A stretch of DNA of 32,000 nucleotides from Synechococcus elongatus PCC 6301 (lineage in GTDB: Bacteria; Cyanobacteriota; Cyanobacteriia; Synechococcales; Synechococcaceae). The stretch lies in contig NC_006576.1 of NCBI RefSeq assembly GCF_000010065.1, positions 420,001 to 452,000 of the forward strand, given 5' to 3'. The notes under the pieces are model-generated. The model worked only from the letters and a program-made list of their open reading frames with translations, was not told the origin of the DNA and did not search any database. Both the position numbers and the translations under genes were made by a program. Position 1 is the first letter of the stretch. Every line of letters starts with the position of its first letter. Positions 14,725 through 24,922 of the stretch are shown in pieces.

Positions 14725-17308
14725 GGTCGACCTCCTGCTTCAGTTCTGAGTGGCGACAGAGTCCAGCAAAATCGCAGTAGCGACAGTAGCTGTCGTGGGG
14801 CCGAATCGGGAAATGCCCACCCTCAAAGGCTTGTTTGAGCCGCGCTGCTAACTGCTCGAGTTCAGTCGCCTCCGCCGGTTTAGGCTGACTGGCTTCCGCT
14901 TTTCGCATGTGGAGGTAGCGCACCTGCGCCACGGGTTGATCCGGCGCGATCGCCGCTGCGCCGACTTCCTGATAGAGCGCCAGTTGCAGATCCAGTTTCA
15001 ATTTCTGGTCTGTATCCCAGACTTTTTGCGTCGTGCTGCCGAGCTTGTAGTCGATCAGCTCAAGGCCAGCAGATGTTCGGTCAATGCGATCGATCGTGCC
15101 CCGCACAGGAAGACCCTGCCATTGCCCTTCAAAAGACTGTTCCACCGCGATGATTTCACTGTCAGGGCTACGGAAATTCGGCGATCGCAGCAGACGTTCC
15201 GGTAAATTGACGTAACTGAGCTGGAAAGCAGTCCAGCGGGGATGTTGCCGCAGATCACCCTCTCTAGGACGCTGCTTAGCAAGGTGCGCAGCAGCCGTTT
15301 CCACGATCGCCAGCAAGATCTCGCGATCAGGCAAGGTCTCAGTCTTGAGCTGAGGCGTCAGTAACTCCAATGCTTTGTGCAACAGGGTTCCCGTCATAGC
15401 GGCATCGGGATCGTCAGAGCGCTCTGAGTCTGTCTGGAGATTCAGCAGTTTGCTGGCTGCCCAACGGTAGGGGCATTGACCGAGTTGGATGATGCCAGTC
15501 ACTGAGAGCGGACGGGTGGGGATAGAGATCGAGTCCGCCAGTTGTCCGTTCCAGACGGCTTCGCCCTGCAAACGAGCTTGAACCTGTTGCGATCGCTGCT
15601 GGGCAGAGTGAGCGATCGGGTCTCCGTCATCAACTAGGGTCGATTGAGCCAGTAACCGTCGCCGATATTCTTCGGGACTGTGGGGGCTGTCTGCCGCTGG
15701 TGTAATTTGCGATCGCAGACCCATCTGCTCCAGATAGGCCGATGGCAGTTGCTCACGGTTATCGTGCTGACGCACCCAAGAAAATTGAGCAGTTTGAGTA
15801 GCGGCCAAAGCGCCGATCCATTGCACCTTGGCTTGCTGCACCAAACTGGCGGCGGTCGGTAGGGGCAGTCCCAGTCGCTGCAGTTGGCGGCGATCGCTGT
15901 AGTCAATCAAGGAACTGCTGGCTAAAGGCGCGGGCCAAACCCCTTCGTTGAGGCCGAGATAGAAGACGTGGCCAATCTGGGCTCCGACAATTTGTTCGGG
16001 GCGATCGAGTTGGACGCCACCGCGCCCCGGTTGGACAGGCGTGCGACTAATGCGGATTAGTTGCTCAAACTCTTGGCACCATTGCTGACGGGTCAGGGTT
16101 TCTGAGGCCGGTTCTGCCAGGTTTTTGAGCTGTTGCTGGAGCCGGTTTAGAGCAACAAGATCCTGAGGCCATCGGCGCAGACCTTGCCTCAATCCCAGTT
16201 GTTGAAGCCATTGACGCAGTTGCCCGACCCATTCCGTTCTGGTAGCCGCTAGCGGCCAGGGAGAAAATTCCGTGGCGAGGCTGGTCTGCCATGCAGCTAG
16301 ATTTTGAGGGCGATCGCGGCGGAGTTGGCGCTGGCGACCGTCGGGCAGGGCGGCGCAGAAGCTCGGGGAAAAAACACGAATGCCGCTGGGGTAGTCGAAG
16401 TCAGCAGCGATCGCGGTCAGTAAATCCTCTAGCCAGCGACCGAGGCGCGTTTCACTGATGGCAATTTCATAGAGCATGCGAGTTGGCAGGCCATATTCCC
16501 AGCCAATCTGTTGCACTAAAGGGCCGTAGGCGCGATCATCGGCAGCGAGCAAGGCAATATCGGACTGGGCAACATTCTGCTGGAGCAGTTGTTTGACGTG
16601 GCCTAAGACGCTGCGCACTTCCTGTTCACGATCGCGGTAGCTGTGGGCGATCGGTTCAGCTATCTTGGGCGGGTTGGGAGCGATCCACTGTTGCAGCCAT
16701 GGTTCCGGCGATCGCTCTTCCAGCTTGATTTGCCAGCCCCAAGCGGCGAGTTGTTCGAGTTGATGTTGCTGCTGGAGGAGTTCGGTGTAGGGCAAAACAA
16801 GAATTGAGCCCTCACCAGCCAGTTGATTAATGCAAGCGAGCTGTTCGGGCTGGGAGTCCCAGTAGCCCCAGAGCAACAGCGGTTCGGGCTGCCCCAAGGC
16901 GGCCGCCAGACGAAAGCGCTCCGCAGGGTCGTAACGACCTTGGGCTCGCAGGGCCGTTTGATACGCAGCCGTAAGATCGACCAAGGCTTGCAGGCGATCG
17001 CTCAGACTATCAGCGCGTTGCTGCCATTCCTCGAGAGGCACTTGCAAGACGGTGCGGATTTCCGAGAGCAGTTTGTCCGTAGGCCAAGCCTGTAGCAATT
17101 CGGGTTTTGGCAGCAGGTGGAGCGATCGCCAAGCTTCGAAGGCACTGACAGGATGGAGATTATGCGATCGCAACTGGCGCTGAGCCAGGTCTTCCAGACT
17201 GATCGCCGGAACTTGCAGCACTGCCGCCGCCCGCCGGTTGGGGACAATCACCCTTAGCTCGGCTGGAATTGGGCTGGGTCGGGCACTGACGATATCACGG
17301 CTGATCAT
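14711..17308 (-). CDS. AddB-like PD-(D/E)XK nuclease subunit with a Cas4/AddB-type 4-Cys motif
   Basis: It overlaps the downstream helicase gene by 14 nt. The C-terminus has GTIDRIDR...LIDYKLG...QLALYQ with Cys at GQCPYRW and CRYCDFAGLC. I saw no Walker A motif. Confidence 0.8.
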   Translation of the reverse strand: MISRDIVSARPSPIPAELRVIVPNRRAAAVLQVPAISLEDLAQRQLRSHNLHPVSAFEAWRSLHLLPKPELLQAWPTDKLLSEIRTVLQVPLEEWQQRADSLSDRLQALVDLTAAYQTALRAQGRYDPAERFRLAAALGQPEPLLLWGYWDSQPEQLACINQLAGEGSILVLPYTELLQQQHQLEQLAAWGWQIKLEERSPEPWLQQWIAPNPPKIAEPIAHSYRDREQEVRSVLGHVKQLLQQNVAQSDIALLAADDRAYGPLVQQIGWEYGLPTRMLYEIAISETRLGRWLEDLLTAIAADFDYPSGIRVFSPSFCAALPDGRQRQLRRDRPQNLAAWQTSLATEFSPWPLAATRTEWVGQLRQWLQQLGLRQGLRRWPQDLVALNRLQQQLKNLAEPASETLTRQQWCQEFEQLIRISRTPVQPGRGGVQLDRPEQIVGAQIGHVFYLGLNEGVWPAPLASSSLIDYSDRRQLQRLGLPLPTAASLVQQAKVQWIGALAATQTAQFSWVRQHDNREQLPSAYLEQMGLRSQITPAADSPHSPEEYRRRLLAQSTLVDDGDPIAHSAQQRSQQVQARLQGEAVWNGQLADSISIPTRPLSVTGIIQLGQCPYRWAASKLLNLQTDSERSDDPDAAMTGTLLHKALELLTPQLKTETLPDREILLAIVETAAAHLAKQRPREGDLRQHPRWTAFQLSYVNLPERLLRSPNFRSPDSEIIAVEQSFEGQWQGLPVRGTIDRIDRTSAGLELIDYKLGSTTQKVWDTDQKLKLDLQLALYQEVGAAAIAPDQPVAQVRYLHMRKAEASQPKPAEATELEQLAARLKQAFEGGHFPIRPHDSYCRYCDFAGLCRHSELKQEVDHEAD

Positions 17309-17609
17309 CTTGAGACGCAGGATGGATGAGGAGACTGAAAGGAGAGTCAGAGCCGAGTTGAACTGCGATCGCTGGCTGAATTGCTCTCTTTCATGGCAGG
17401 CATCATAGTGGCGCTCAGGTTGCGTAGACTTGGCCCGTCGCAGAGTGGCACACTTATCGGCCTAGGAGGTCAGAACCATTGATGGCAGAGCCAATTTTCT
17501 CAACTAGGCTAGATCTCGAAGTTGACTAGGGTCGATTTTGTATTGACTTATTTTTAGCTTTTGCTTTTGCCAGTGGTCGTACGACTTGTAGATCCTAGTT
17601 GCTGCCGCT

Positions 17610-18212
17610 CTAGGCGATCGGGGTGGTTCCTGTGGGAACCGCATGGATGTATTCACTGCCAGATTGAGGCCACTGCCGCCAGGTTTGTGCTTCGGCGGGG
17701 TCGCCCCAACTTAATTGCAGAATCCACTCCTGACCTTGCGATCGCGGCTCTTGGCGTAAGGTAGCCCACTCACTGCGGGCTGCGATCGGGGCGATCGCTG
17801 CTTGCTGAATCGGTTCAAAGGCTCGACCGCGATCAACTGCTAGGAAGCAGTCCAACCCTCGACAAACCTGCCACCAAAACCCCAGCACGGACGGCAGGGC
17901 CGCTTGCAGTTGTAAGCGATCGCTCTCCAAAGCCAAAAGATCTGGATGGACTTCAGGAAACTGGAGAAAAGCGCCATCCGTCCGCAATTGCTGCCAGACC
18001 AAGCCGGAGATGTGATGTTGCTGCTGATAGTCCTGAACACGACTGCGGAAGCCCGCAAACGCTGCGTACTTCTGCAGACCTTCTGTTTGGAAGAAGCGAT
18101 CGAAAACCGGATGTCCTGTTGGCGGGGTCAATAAATCCAAGCGATCGCCTCGGAGGCAGGCCTGTCGTTCACGCGCCAAAATCTCAATTAAGTCAGCAGT
18201 GCTGTAGATCAT
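17610..18212 (-). CDS. Hypothetical protein
   Basis: The ORF extends to 18326, but the region upstream of Met39 (MIYSTADLIEIL...) looks non-coding and is full of HIP1 sites. I recognise no motif in this protein. Confidence 0.5.
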   Translation of the reverse strand: MIYSTADLIEILARERQACLRGDRLDLLTPPTGHPVFDRFFQTEGLQKYAAFAGFRSRVQDYQQQHHISGLVWQQLRTDGAFLQFPEVHPDLLALESDRLQLQAALPSVLGFWWQVCRGLDCFLAVDRGRAFEPIQQAAIAPIAARSEWATLRQEPRSQGQEWILQLSWGDPAEAQTWRQWPQSGSEYIHAVPTGTTPIA

Positions 18213-18421
18213 GGCTGCAGCAGAGCAGGAGTCAGTGAAAGGTCCTGCGCTGATTTTGAAGGATGGCGGGTAGAGTTCACCACTCGTCGCAGTACTCATC
18301 TCAGGCGCGATCGCGGCTCGACCCATCTCAGCAAGGACGGAGATCCCTATTTCGCAGCGGCTTGTCGCTCCCAGGCGCGATCGCTAGCGTTAAAGCACTA
18401 GCGTTTCCGTTGGCGATCGCA

Positions 18422-19669
18422 GTGTTGAATCACCCCCTCAAGCCGCGGACAGACTCGGCTGCTTCTGAACCGATCTGGCAGAAAGCGCTGGAGACTTGGC
18501 AACAGTGGTTTGGCCTCGATCGGGCGCGAGCCACCCAACTGCTGGAATCGGTGCAGCAGCAACTCGCTCCCACCGAAATTATTCTGATTGGCAAAACCCA
18601 GTCCGGTAAAAGCTCGATTATTCGGGGCCTCACGGGGGCTTCTGCCGACATCGTCGGTCAAGGCTTTCGGCCCCACACCCAACACACTCAGCGCTACGAC
18701 TATCCTTCGGAGCTGCTGCCGCTACTGACTTTCATCGATACGGTCGGGCTAGGGGAAGCGGGTTCAGAACCCGAAGCCGTCTTGGCAGAACTCAGTCATC
18801 AACTCGAAACGGAGAGCGATCGCCCGCGCCTCTTAGTCTGGACGGTCAAGGTCAGCGATTTTGCTGTCGATGAGGTTCTGCAACTCGCTAAAAGTTTGCG
18901 GCAACGCTTTCCGGCCGTGCCAGCGCTGTTGGTGTTGACCTGTCGCCATGAGCTCTATCCTCCCGAGCAAGTCGATCACCCCGACCCAGAAGAATTCGAA
19001 CAGCTACAGGATTTGCAACGGGCGATCGCAGCACAGCGCCAGACCTTTGCCGGTTGTAGCGATCGCCAAGTGGATATGGACTTCACCCGCCCGGAGGATC
19101 CGTTTCGCTGCCAGTTTGAGGGGCGCGATCGCCTGATCGAAGCCCTGAGTGATCTCCTGCCGCAAGCGGAGGCTCAGGCCTTGCTACAACTGGTTTCGGG
19201 CGAAGTCGCTCAAGCCTTGGAACGGCTCTATCGCAGCGTTAGCCAACGCTATCAGCTAGCTTTTAGCTTGGTTGCCTCTGGAGCGGCAGCGATTCCGCTT
19301 CCCTTTGCCGCCATGCCCCTGCTAACGGCGCTCCAAACCTTGATGGTGGTTGCCATTGGTCGGGTCTATGGCCAAACCCTGAACTGGGCGCAGGCCAGTG
19401 CACTGATTGCCAGCATTGGTGGGGGCTTTTTGGCACAGCTCGCAGGGCGAGAATTACTCAAGTTCATCCCAGGTTGGGGTAGTGCTGTCGCGGCTGCTTG
19501 GGCCGGGGCCTACACCTGGGCCTTAGGAGAAGCAGCGACCTTCTACTTTGCGGAAGTCTGGCAGGGCAAGATTCCCGATCGCGATCGCATTCGCCAACTG
19601 CTGCAACACACCTTTGAACGCTACCGTGCCCATTGGCCGCCGCCGGAGCATGAGGAGGAACAGCGATGA
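18422..19669 (+). CDS. P-loop GTPase fused to a C-terminal DUF697-like membrane domain
   Basis: G1 is GKTQSGKSS and G3 is DTVGLGE. The hydrophobic C-terminus (AAIPLPFAAMPLLTALQTLMVVAIGRVYG...) resembles YcjF/DUF697. The ORF opens at 18263, but the first 53 codons are Arg/Ser-rich and HIP1-dense. An in-frame GTG at 18422 is the more plausible start. Confidence 0.7.
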   Translation: MLNHPLKPRTDSAASEPIWQKALETWQQWFGLDRARATQLLESVQQQLAPTEIILIGKTQSGKSSIIRGLTGASADIVGQGFRPHTQHTQRYDYPSELLPLLTFIDTVGLGEAGSEPEAVLAELSHQLETESDRPRLLVWTVKVSDFAVDEVLQLAKSLRQRFPAVPALLVLTCRHELYPPEQVDHPDPEEFEQLQDLQRAIAAQRQTFAGCSDRQVDMDFTRPEDPFRCQFEGRDRLIEALSDLLPQAEAQALLQLVSGEVAQALERLYRSVSQRYQLAFSLVASGAAAIPLPFAAMPLLTALQTLMVVAIGRVYGQTLNWAQASALIASIGGGFLAQLAGRELLKFIPGWGSAVAAAWAGAYTWALGEAATFYFAEVWQGKIPDRDRIRQLLQHTFERYRAHWPPPEHEEEQR

Positions 19670-21510
19670 TGCGTTTGACACGGTGGCAGTGGGCCATCCT
19701 TGCTTTACCACCAGCGTTGATCGTCACAGGGTTGATTGGTGCCAGCGCTTGGCAACTGCATCACTGGCACCTAACCTGGCTTTGGCCCTGCTTTTTCCTG
19801 GGATTTTGGGGGTGGCGCCGGCTACTGGTGCACTGGACACAGCCCCCGGCCGTACAGTTAGCACCTCTCACTCCCGCAGCAGTCTCCGATGCCAATCGGG
19901 ATGCTCAAGCCCAGGAATTGCTGCAACGAGTTTTGGCGGCCAGCCGCACCGATCCGCCGTTTTGGGAAGACTGGCCAGGATTCTGGCAACGCTGTCTGGA
20001 GCTAGTTCAGGGTATTGCCAGTCTCTATCACCCCGAAGTGGAGTACCCCCTGCTCAATATCCAAGTTCTGCAGGCCTATCGTCTGATTCGCGATACGGTC
20101 GATGACTTGGATGGCTGGTTGCATGACTACGGGCCGCTGCTCGATCGCCTCACAATCGCTCAGGCCTACCAAGCCTACCGCTGGAGTCTGAAAGCGGCTC
20201 CTTGGCTCAAACGAGCGCAACGGGTTTGGGATGCAGCTCAGTGGTTGCTACATCCTGCATGGGCGATCGCCCGCGAAGCCACTCGTGAAGCCAGCGATCG
20301 CACCAATCAGGCGCTGTTCGCCAACTTGGGCCAACAGATGCGAGAAGCCGCTCTAGAAAATCTCTGGCAGCGATCGCTAGAACTCTATCGGGGTCAATCC
20401 TTACCGACCGCGATCGCTGTGCCGGAAGCGCCACTCACCGAAAGTCTGCTTAGCCAAGTGCAGCAGTGGCAAACGGATACGCAGGTGGTGGAGTCCGCGC
20501 CCTTGCGATTCCTGTTGATCGGTCGCACAGGAGCGGGTAAAAGTAGCCTGATCAATGCTCTGTTTCAGACCGAGACTGCGATTGTCGACTGTCTGCCCAG
20601 CACCCCCGCGATTCAGACCTACGACTGGCAACTGGACAATGGCGATCGCCTCCAACTCCTCGATTCACCGGGCTATGAACAGGCTGGGCGATTCGATCTG
20701 TGGGAATCCGTGCTGACTGCTGCTGACACGGCAGATGCGGTGGTTCTGCTTACCCCTGCCACGGATCCAGCGCTAGCGAGCGATCGCCGCTGCCTGCAAG
20801 ATCTGCGATCGCGCCGCCCCGATTTACCGCTCTTGATTGGCGTGACCCATGTCGATCGCCTGCGACCCTGGGCCGAATGGCAGCCACCCTACGACTGGCA
20901 ACAGGGCAATCGCCCCAAGGAGGTCGCAATGCGCGAGGCGGTTGCCTATCGCCAGACTGAACTGGCTGATTTCAGCGAGACGGTCATTCCCCTAGCTAAT
21001 GCCAATGGGGCACGTTCGAGCTGGAACCTTGAAGCGATCGCTGCCGCACTCTTGCAAACCTGTCCCGAAGCACAGCAACTCCGACTCGCGGCTCATCTGC
21101 GCGATCGCCAACTACGGGCTGGGCAGATTACTGCTACCATCCAGCGTCACCAGCGTGACCTCCAGCGTCAACAAGGCTTGACTACGGTCCTCAAGCGGCC
21201 GGTGTTAGGACTCTTGGCGCAACTGCTCCAGCAAGATCCTCGTTTGGGTGCCCTCCTCGCCGATCGCTTGCCCATCGAAGATCTGCCCCAGGTAATTGCC
21301 GAACTGCAACTCGCCAGTGAACTGCTGCCCTTGCTCAGCAGCGATCGCCCCCTTAATCTCGCCAGTGAACTGGGGACGATTTGGCCGTTGATCAACCGGC
21401 AACGGGGTGATCTGCAGGCGTTCAGTACCGCTTTGTTAACGCAGTACGGGGCAGCTTCGGTCATCACCAAGCTCGAGGCAGGAAGGCCGCAGCAACTCCG
21501 ACAAACCTGA
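19666..21510 (+). CDS. Membrane-anchored P-loop GTPase (N-terminal TM pair, helical region, GTPase domain, helical C-terminus)
   Basis: An ATGA overlap links its start to the stop of the upstream GTPase. G1 is GRTGAGKSS and G3 is DSPGYE. A G4-like motif reads GVTHVD. Two N-terminal hydrophobic segments are present. Confidence 0.75.
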   Translation: MMRLTRWQWAILALPPALIVTGLIGASAWQLHHWHLTWLWPCFFLGFWGWRRLLVHWTQPPAVQLAPLTPAAVSDANRDAQAQELLQRVLAASRTDPPFWEDWPGFWQRCLELVQGIASLYHPEVEYPLLNIQVLQAYRLIRDTVDDLDGWLHDYGPLLDRLTIAQAYQAYRWSLKAAPWLKRAQRVWDAAQWLLHPAWAIAREATREASDRTNQALFANLGQQMREAALENLWQRSLELYRGQSLPTAIAVPEAPLTESLLSQVQQWQTDTQVVESAPLRFLLIGRTGAGKSSLINALFQTETAIVDCLPSTPAIQTYDWQLDNGDRLQLLDSPGYEQAGRFDLWESVLTAADTADAVVLLTPATDPALASDRRCLQDLRSRRPDLPLLIGVTHVDRLRPWAEWQPPYDWQQGNRPKEVAMREAVAYRQTELADFSETVIPLANANGARSSWNLEAIAAALLQTCPEAQQLRLAAHLRDRQLRAGQITATIQRHQRDLQRQQGLTTVLKRPVLGLLAQLLQQDPRLGALLADRLPIEDLPQVIAELQLASELLPLLSSDRPLNLASELGTIWPLINRQRGDLQAFSTALLTQYGAASVITKLEAGRPQQLRQT

Positions 21511-22127
21511 GTGACTGACACCTGCTGCCACAAATAATGAGCACTCACTCATCTGCCGCGACCGGTCGTGATCGCGCCACTCTTAAGGGGGCAAGACTTC
21601 AGAAATTGGGTCAACTCCAAGCAGGGCGATCGGCCCTTTCCCTGCCTGCGCAAGAACCAGCCTAGATTCCATCAAGGTTTACAGGCTTCTCAGACAAGGG
21701 GGCTCTCCAGAATCACACCCCGGAGTGTGGACCTCATAGATGCGTGATTTTGTCAATCCAAACGTAAAGTTTTGAAAATTTTGTGGTTTTTTGACATTCC
21801 CAAAAGGCTTATCCCATCGGGGCTCATCGGGGATCAGCAAAAATCAAGTTAATTAATGTAACGATTATGAGAAAAACTCTTCAAAAACCCGTGGTAACGT
21901 GAGGGGGTTGTTTACCTAGGACGAGTAGAAACGAGCGCCTAACGGTTGGCACTTTCTGAACTGTCTAGAACGTGGCGATCGCTGCAGATAGCGAAATCCA
22001 AGGCTAGAGAAGTCAAAAGACCCTGCCGTTACGACGAGTCGGTCACTCCCCTTTGGCAAGACATTTGCTGCACTCCGGTGCTGGGAAAAGGCTCACCCCT
22101 CGATCGCGTGTGCTTATTTCGCCCGTT

Positions 22128-23135
22128 ATGCAGAAAAGAACTCTTAGCGGTCTGACCTCGACACTCTTGCTCGCAAGCTTGAGTCTGGTGCCCGCCAGCC
22201 GCGCCGAGCAGACCCAGCAGCCCCCCGTTGCTACTGCCGCATCCTCTGCGATCGCTGCATCCCAACCTGATGCGACTGCTGATGCTGAGACGCTCAAAGT
22301 TGGGAGCTCTCAGACATCTAGGGTTCTAACACCCCCGGAAGACGTGGTTGCCAAGGTTCAACCGCATCAATACCAAGGACGTGAGGCCGCTACGCTCTAC
22401 GTCAGGAACCTACCCGTCCTCACCTTTGTGGCGCCGCAGCGCAGTGCTAACACTGCCGCCGCCCGAGAGAGCAAACTGCCCACCCCAGCTCAGTTTGTGG
22501 ATCCGCTCAATGCCAAGCAAGATCCGCTCTGGCGAGCCACCAGTATTGCAGCCCTGATTAATCAACTCAGCCAAGCGGGTCTCCAGGGCGATGTCATTCA
22601 AGTTCGCTGGGACGAACGACAAGCCGCACCTGTCATCACGAGTGGCGATCGCGATCTCTTCAAAGTCGATGCCACGATGATTGTGCGCGGAGCCCGGACG
22701 CCACGTCAGGCCAGCGTCATCGTCACCAATCGTCTCCGCCAAGCTTTTGGGGCTAATCCCCTCAACACCCTGCCTGACCTAGTGGGCAGTGAAATCGCCG
22801 CGGCTCTGCAGCAGGTCGTCAGCACCACAGTTGGTATGGCTTCTTGGTATGGCCCGGGTTTCCACGGTCGGCGTACCGCCAATGGCGAAGTGTTTAATCA
22901 GCACACCCTGACGGCTGCCCACCGCACACTGCCCTTTGGCACGTTGGTGCGAGTCACCAATTTACGCAGCGGCTCTAATGTCGTCGTCCGCATCAACGAT
23001 CGCGGGCCTTTCCATGGCAACCGCCTGATCGACCTTTCCCAAGGTGCGGCTGAGGTCATCGGTCTGCGGTCGAGTGGTGTTGCCCAAGTACGCCTAGACG
23101 TTCTGCAAGGCGTTCAGCAAACTGCACAGCGCTAG
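22128..23135 (+). CDS. rlpA: RlpA-like septal lytic transglycosylase (DPBB domain)
   Basis: The signature is [61 protein letters not shown] signal peptide begins at the ATG at 22128 ([26 protein letters not shown]). The ORF track start at 22053 is unlikely to be used. Confidence 0.85.
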   Translation: MQKRTLSGLTSTLLLASLSLVPASRAEQTQQPPVATAASSAIAASQPDATADAETLKVGSSQTSRVLTPPEDVVAKVQPHQYQGREAATLYVRNLPVLTFVAPQRSANTAAARESKLPTPAQFVDPLNAKQDPLWRATSIAALINQLSQAGLQGDVIQVRWDERQAAPVITSGDRDLFKVDATMIVRGARTPRQASVIVTNRLRQAFGANPLNTLPDLVGSEIAAALQQVVSTTVGMASWYGPGFHGRRTANGEVFNQHTLTAAHRTLPFGTLVRVTNLRSGSNVVVRINDRGPFHGNRLIDLSQGAAEVIGLRSSGVAQVRLDVLQGVQQTAQR

Positions 23136-23338
23136 TCTCTGGCGGAGCGATCAATCCCCCGAACGTGGCAGGATTCCTAAGGGAGTCCTGTCACGCTGTT
23201 GATTTGGACTGGTTTGCTTTACAGCAATCGGCTCTGTTGCCGCAAGCAGCAAATCTGAGAGGATCTCCATAGGCTCCTGCCGTCACCACTGGAGTAAAAC
23301 CAAACGTTGGATCTGGAGTTGCAACCAGAGGGTCGAAG

Positions 23339-24922
23339 ATGCGCCAATTGATTAGCCCAGAGGCTCTTCGGGCCTTTCGCCAGTCGGTGCAAGGCTCTGT
23401 GGGCTTTGTGCCAACCATGGGGGCGCTCCATGCTGGACACCGAAGTCTGATCGAGCGATCGCGCCAGCAAGATGACGTGGTCATCGTCAGCATCTTTGTC
23501 AATCCGCGCCAGTTTGGCCCCCAAGAGGATTTGAGTCGCTATCCGCAAACCTTGGACGCAGACTTAGCCCTCTGTGAGGCTGCGGGGGTAGATGCTGTTT
23601 TCTGTCCCACTGCCGAGGCTCTCTACCCTCGTCCGAGCGATCGCAGTACAGGGGTACAGCCACCGGCTGAATTGATTCAGTCACTCTGTGGGCGACAGCG
23701 ACCAGGCCATTTTCAGGGGGTGGCGACGGTGGTGCTCAAGTTGCTGCAACTGGTGCAGCCCCAGCGGGCTTACTTCGGCGAGAAGGATGCTCAGCAACTG
23801 CGGGTGATTCAGCGGCTGGTGGAGGATTTCAATCTGCCCATCGCGATCGTTCCTTGCCCTACCGTGCGGGAGCCGGATGGGTTGGCTCTCAGCTCGCGCA
23901 ATCGCTATCTGACCTTTGAAGAACGCAGTCAGGCCAGTGGCCTCTATCGGGCTTTGCGAGCGGCAGCGGAATGCTTTCAGGCCGGGAGTCGCGACAGTCA
24001 GGAGCTAGTCGCTGCTGCGACGGCGGTTCTGGCCACTACGCCAGCGGTACAACTGGAATATTGCGACTGTGTCGATGCCGACAGCCTCCAACCCTTGACC
24101 CAAATCCCCGATCGCGCTTTGCTGGCGATCGCGGCGCGTGTAGGAACTGCTCGATTGATCGATAACCTAACTTTGCAAGGACGACGACCAATCATTGCGA
24201 TCGATGGCCCCGCCGGTGCTGGCAAATCGACGGTGACGAAGCGGCTCGCCCAGCAATTGGGGTTGCTCTACCTCGATACCGGCGCCATGTATCGCGCTGT
24301 GACTTGGCTCGTGCAGCAACAGGGTATCGATCCGCAAGATCCGATCGTCCTGGCGGAATTGCTTGCTCAAGCGGATCTGCAGTTGCGATCGCAACCAGCG
24401 GCGGATGGCAGTGAGCAGCTCCAGGTGCTCATTCAAGGTAACGACGTCACGGCGGCCATTCGCACCCCAACCGTGACGGCTCAGGTGTCTGCGATCGCGG
24501 CTCTTCCCTTGGTCCGTCAGTTTTTGGTAGAGCAGCAACGTCAGCTAGGTCAGCGCGGTGGGCTCGTGGCCGAAGGTCGGGATATTGGCACCCATGTCTT
24601 TCCCGACGCAGAACTGAAGATTTTTCTGACAGCAACGAATGCTGAGCGGGCGCGGCGGCGCGCACTAGACCTCGAAGCGCAGGGTCTGACGGTTGATCTG
24701 GCGCAATTGGAAGCTGAAATCCGCGATCGCGATCGTCAAGATAGTGAACGGGCGATCGCGCCACTCTGCAAGGCAGAAGATGCCGTAGAAGTGTTGACTG
24801 ATGGTCTCAGCATTGAAGCGGTTACTGACCAGATCATTCGCCTCTATCGCGATCGGGGCTTAGGGGACTCCAGTCCACAAGCTACTCCTGGCCAAACACC
24901 GAGTCCTTTGAGTCTTGGATGA
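23339..24922 (+). CDS. panC: Bifunctional pantoate-beta-alanine ligase / cytidylate kinase
   Basis: The N-terminal half is PanC (VPTMGALHAGH, YFGEKDAQQ). The C-terminal half is Cmk (IAIDGPAGAGKST, LDTGAMYRA). This fusion is well known in cyanobacteria. Confidence 0.92.
   Translation: MRQLISPEALRAFRQSVQGSVGFVPTMGALHAGHRSLIERSRQQDDVVIVSIFVNPRQFGPQEDLSRYPQTLDADLALCEAAGVDAVFCPTAEALYPRPSDRSTGVQPPAELIQSLCGRQRPGHFQGVATVVLKLLQLVQPQRAYFGEKDAQQLRVIQRLVEDFNLPIAIVPCPTVREPDGLALSSRNRYLTFEERSQASGLYRALRAAAECFQAGSRDSQELVAAATAVLATTPAVQLEYCDCVDADSLQPLTQIPDRALLAIAARVGTARLIDNLTLQGRRPIIAIDGPAGAGKSTVTKRLAQQLGLLYLDTGAMYRAVTWLVQQQGIDPQDPIVLAELLAQADLQLRSQPAADGSEQLQVLIQGNDVTAAIRTPTVTAQVSAIAALPLVRQFLVEQQRQLGQRGGLVAEGRDIGTHVFPDAELKIFLTATNAERARRRALDLEAQGLTVDLAQLEAEIRDRDRQDSERAIAPLCKAEDAVEVLTDGLSIEAVTDQIIRLYRDRGLGDSSPQATPGQTPSPLSLG

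Noticed and set aside
18263-18421. An N-terminal extension of the first GTPase from the ATG at 18263.
   Set aside because: The 53 extra residues are Arg/Ser-rich, packed with HIP1 sites and have no protein-like pattern. The extension would also leave only about 50 bp for two divergent promoters. An in-frame GTG at 18422 is more plausible, but the start remains uncertain.
21511-22127. A c-di-AMP (ydaO-type) riboswitch upstream of the cell-wall gene rlpA.
   Set aside because: I looked for the conserved elements I remember, such as GGGGACCCA-like and CAGCUAACCUCGUAAGC-like segments, and found none. Only a generic ATCGGGG duplication is present.
23160-23215. A terminator hairpin after rlpA (CAGGATTCC-taag-GGAGTCCTG).
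   Set aside because: The stem has a mismatch and no T-tract follows it. That is not strong enough to call.
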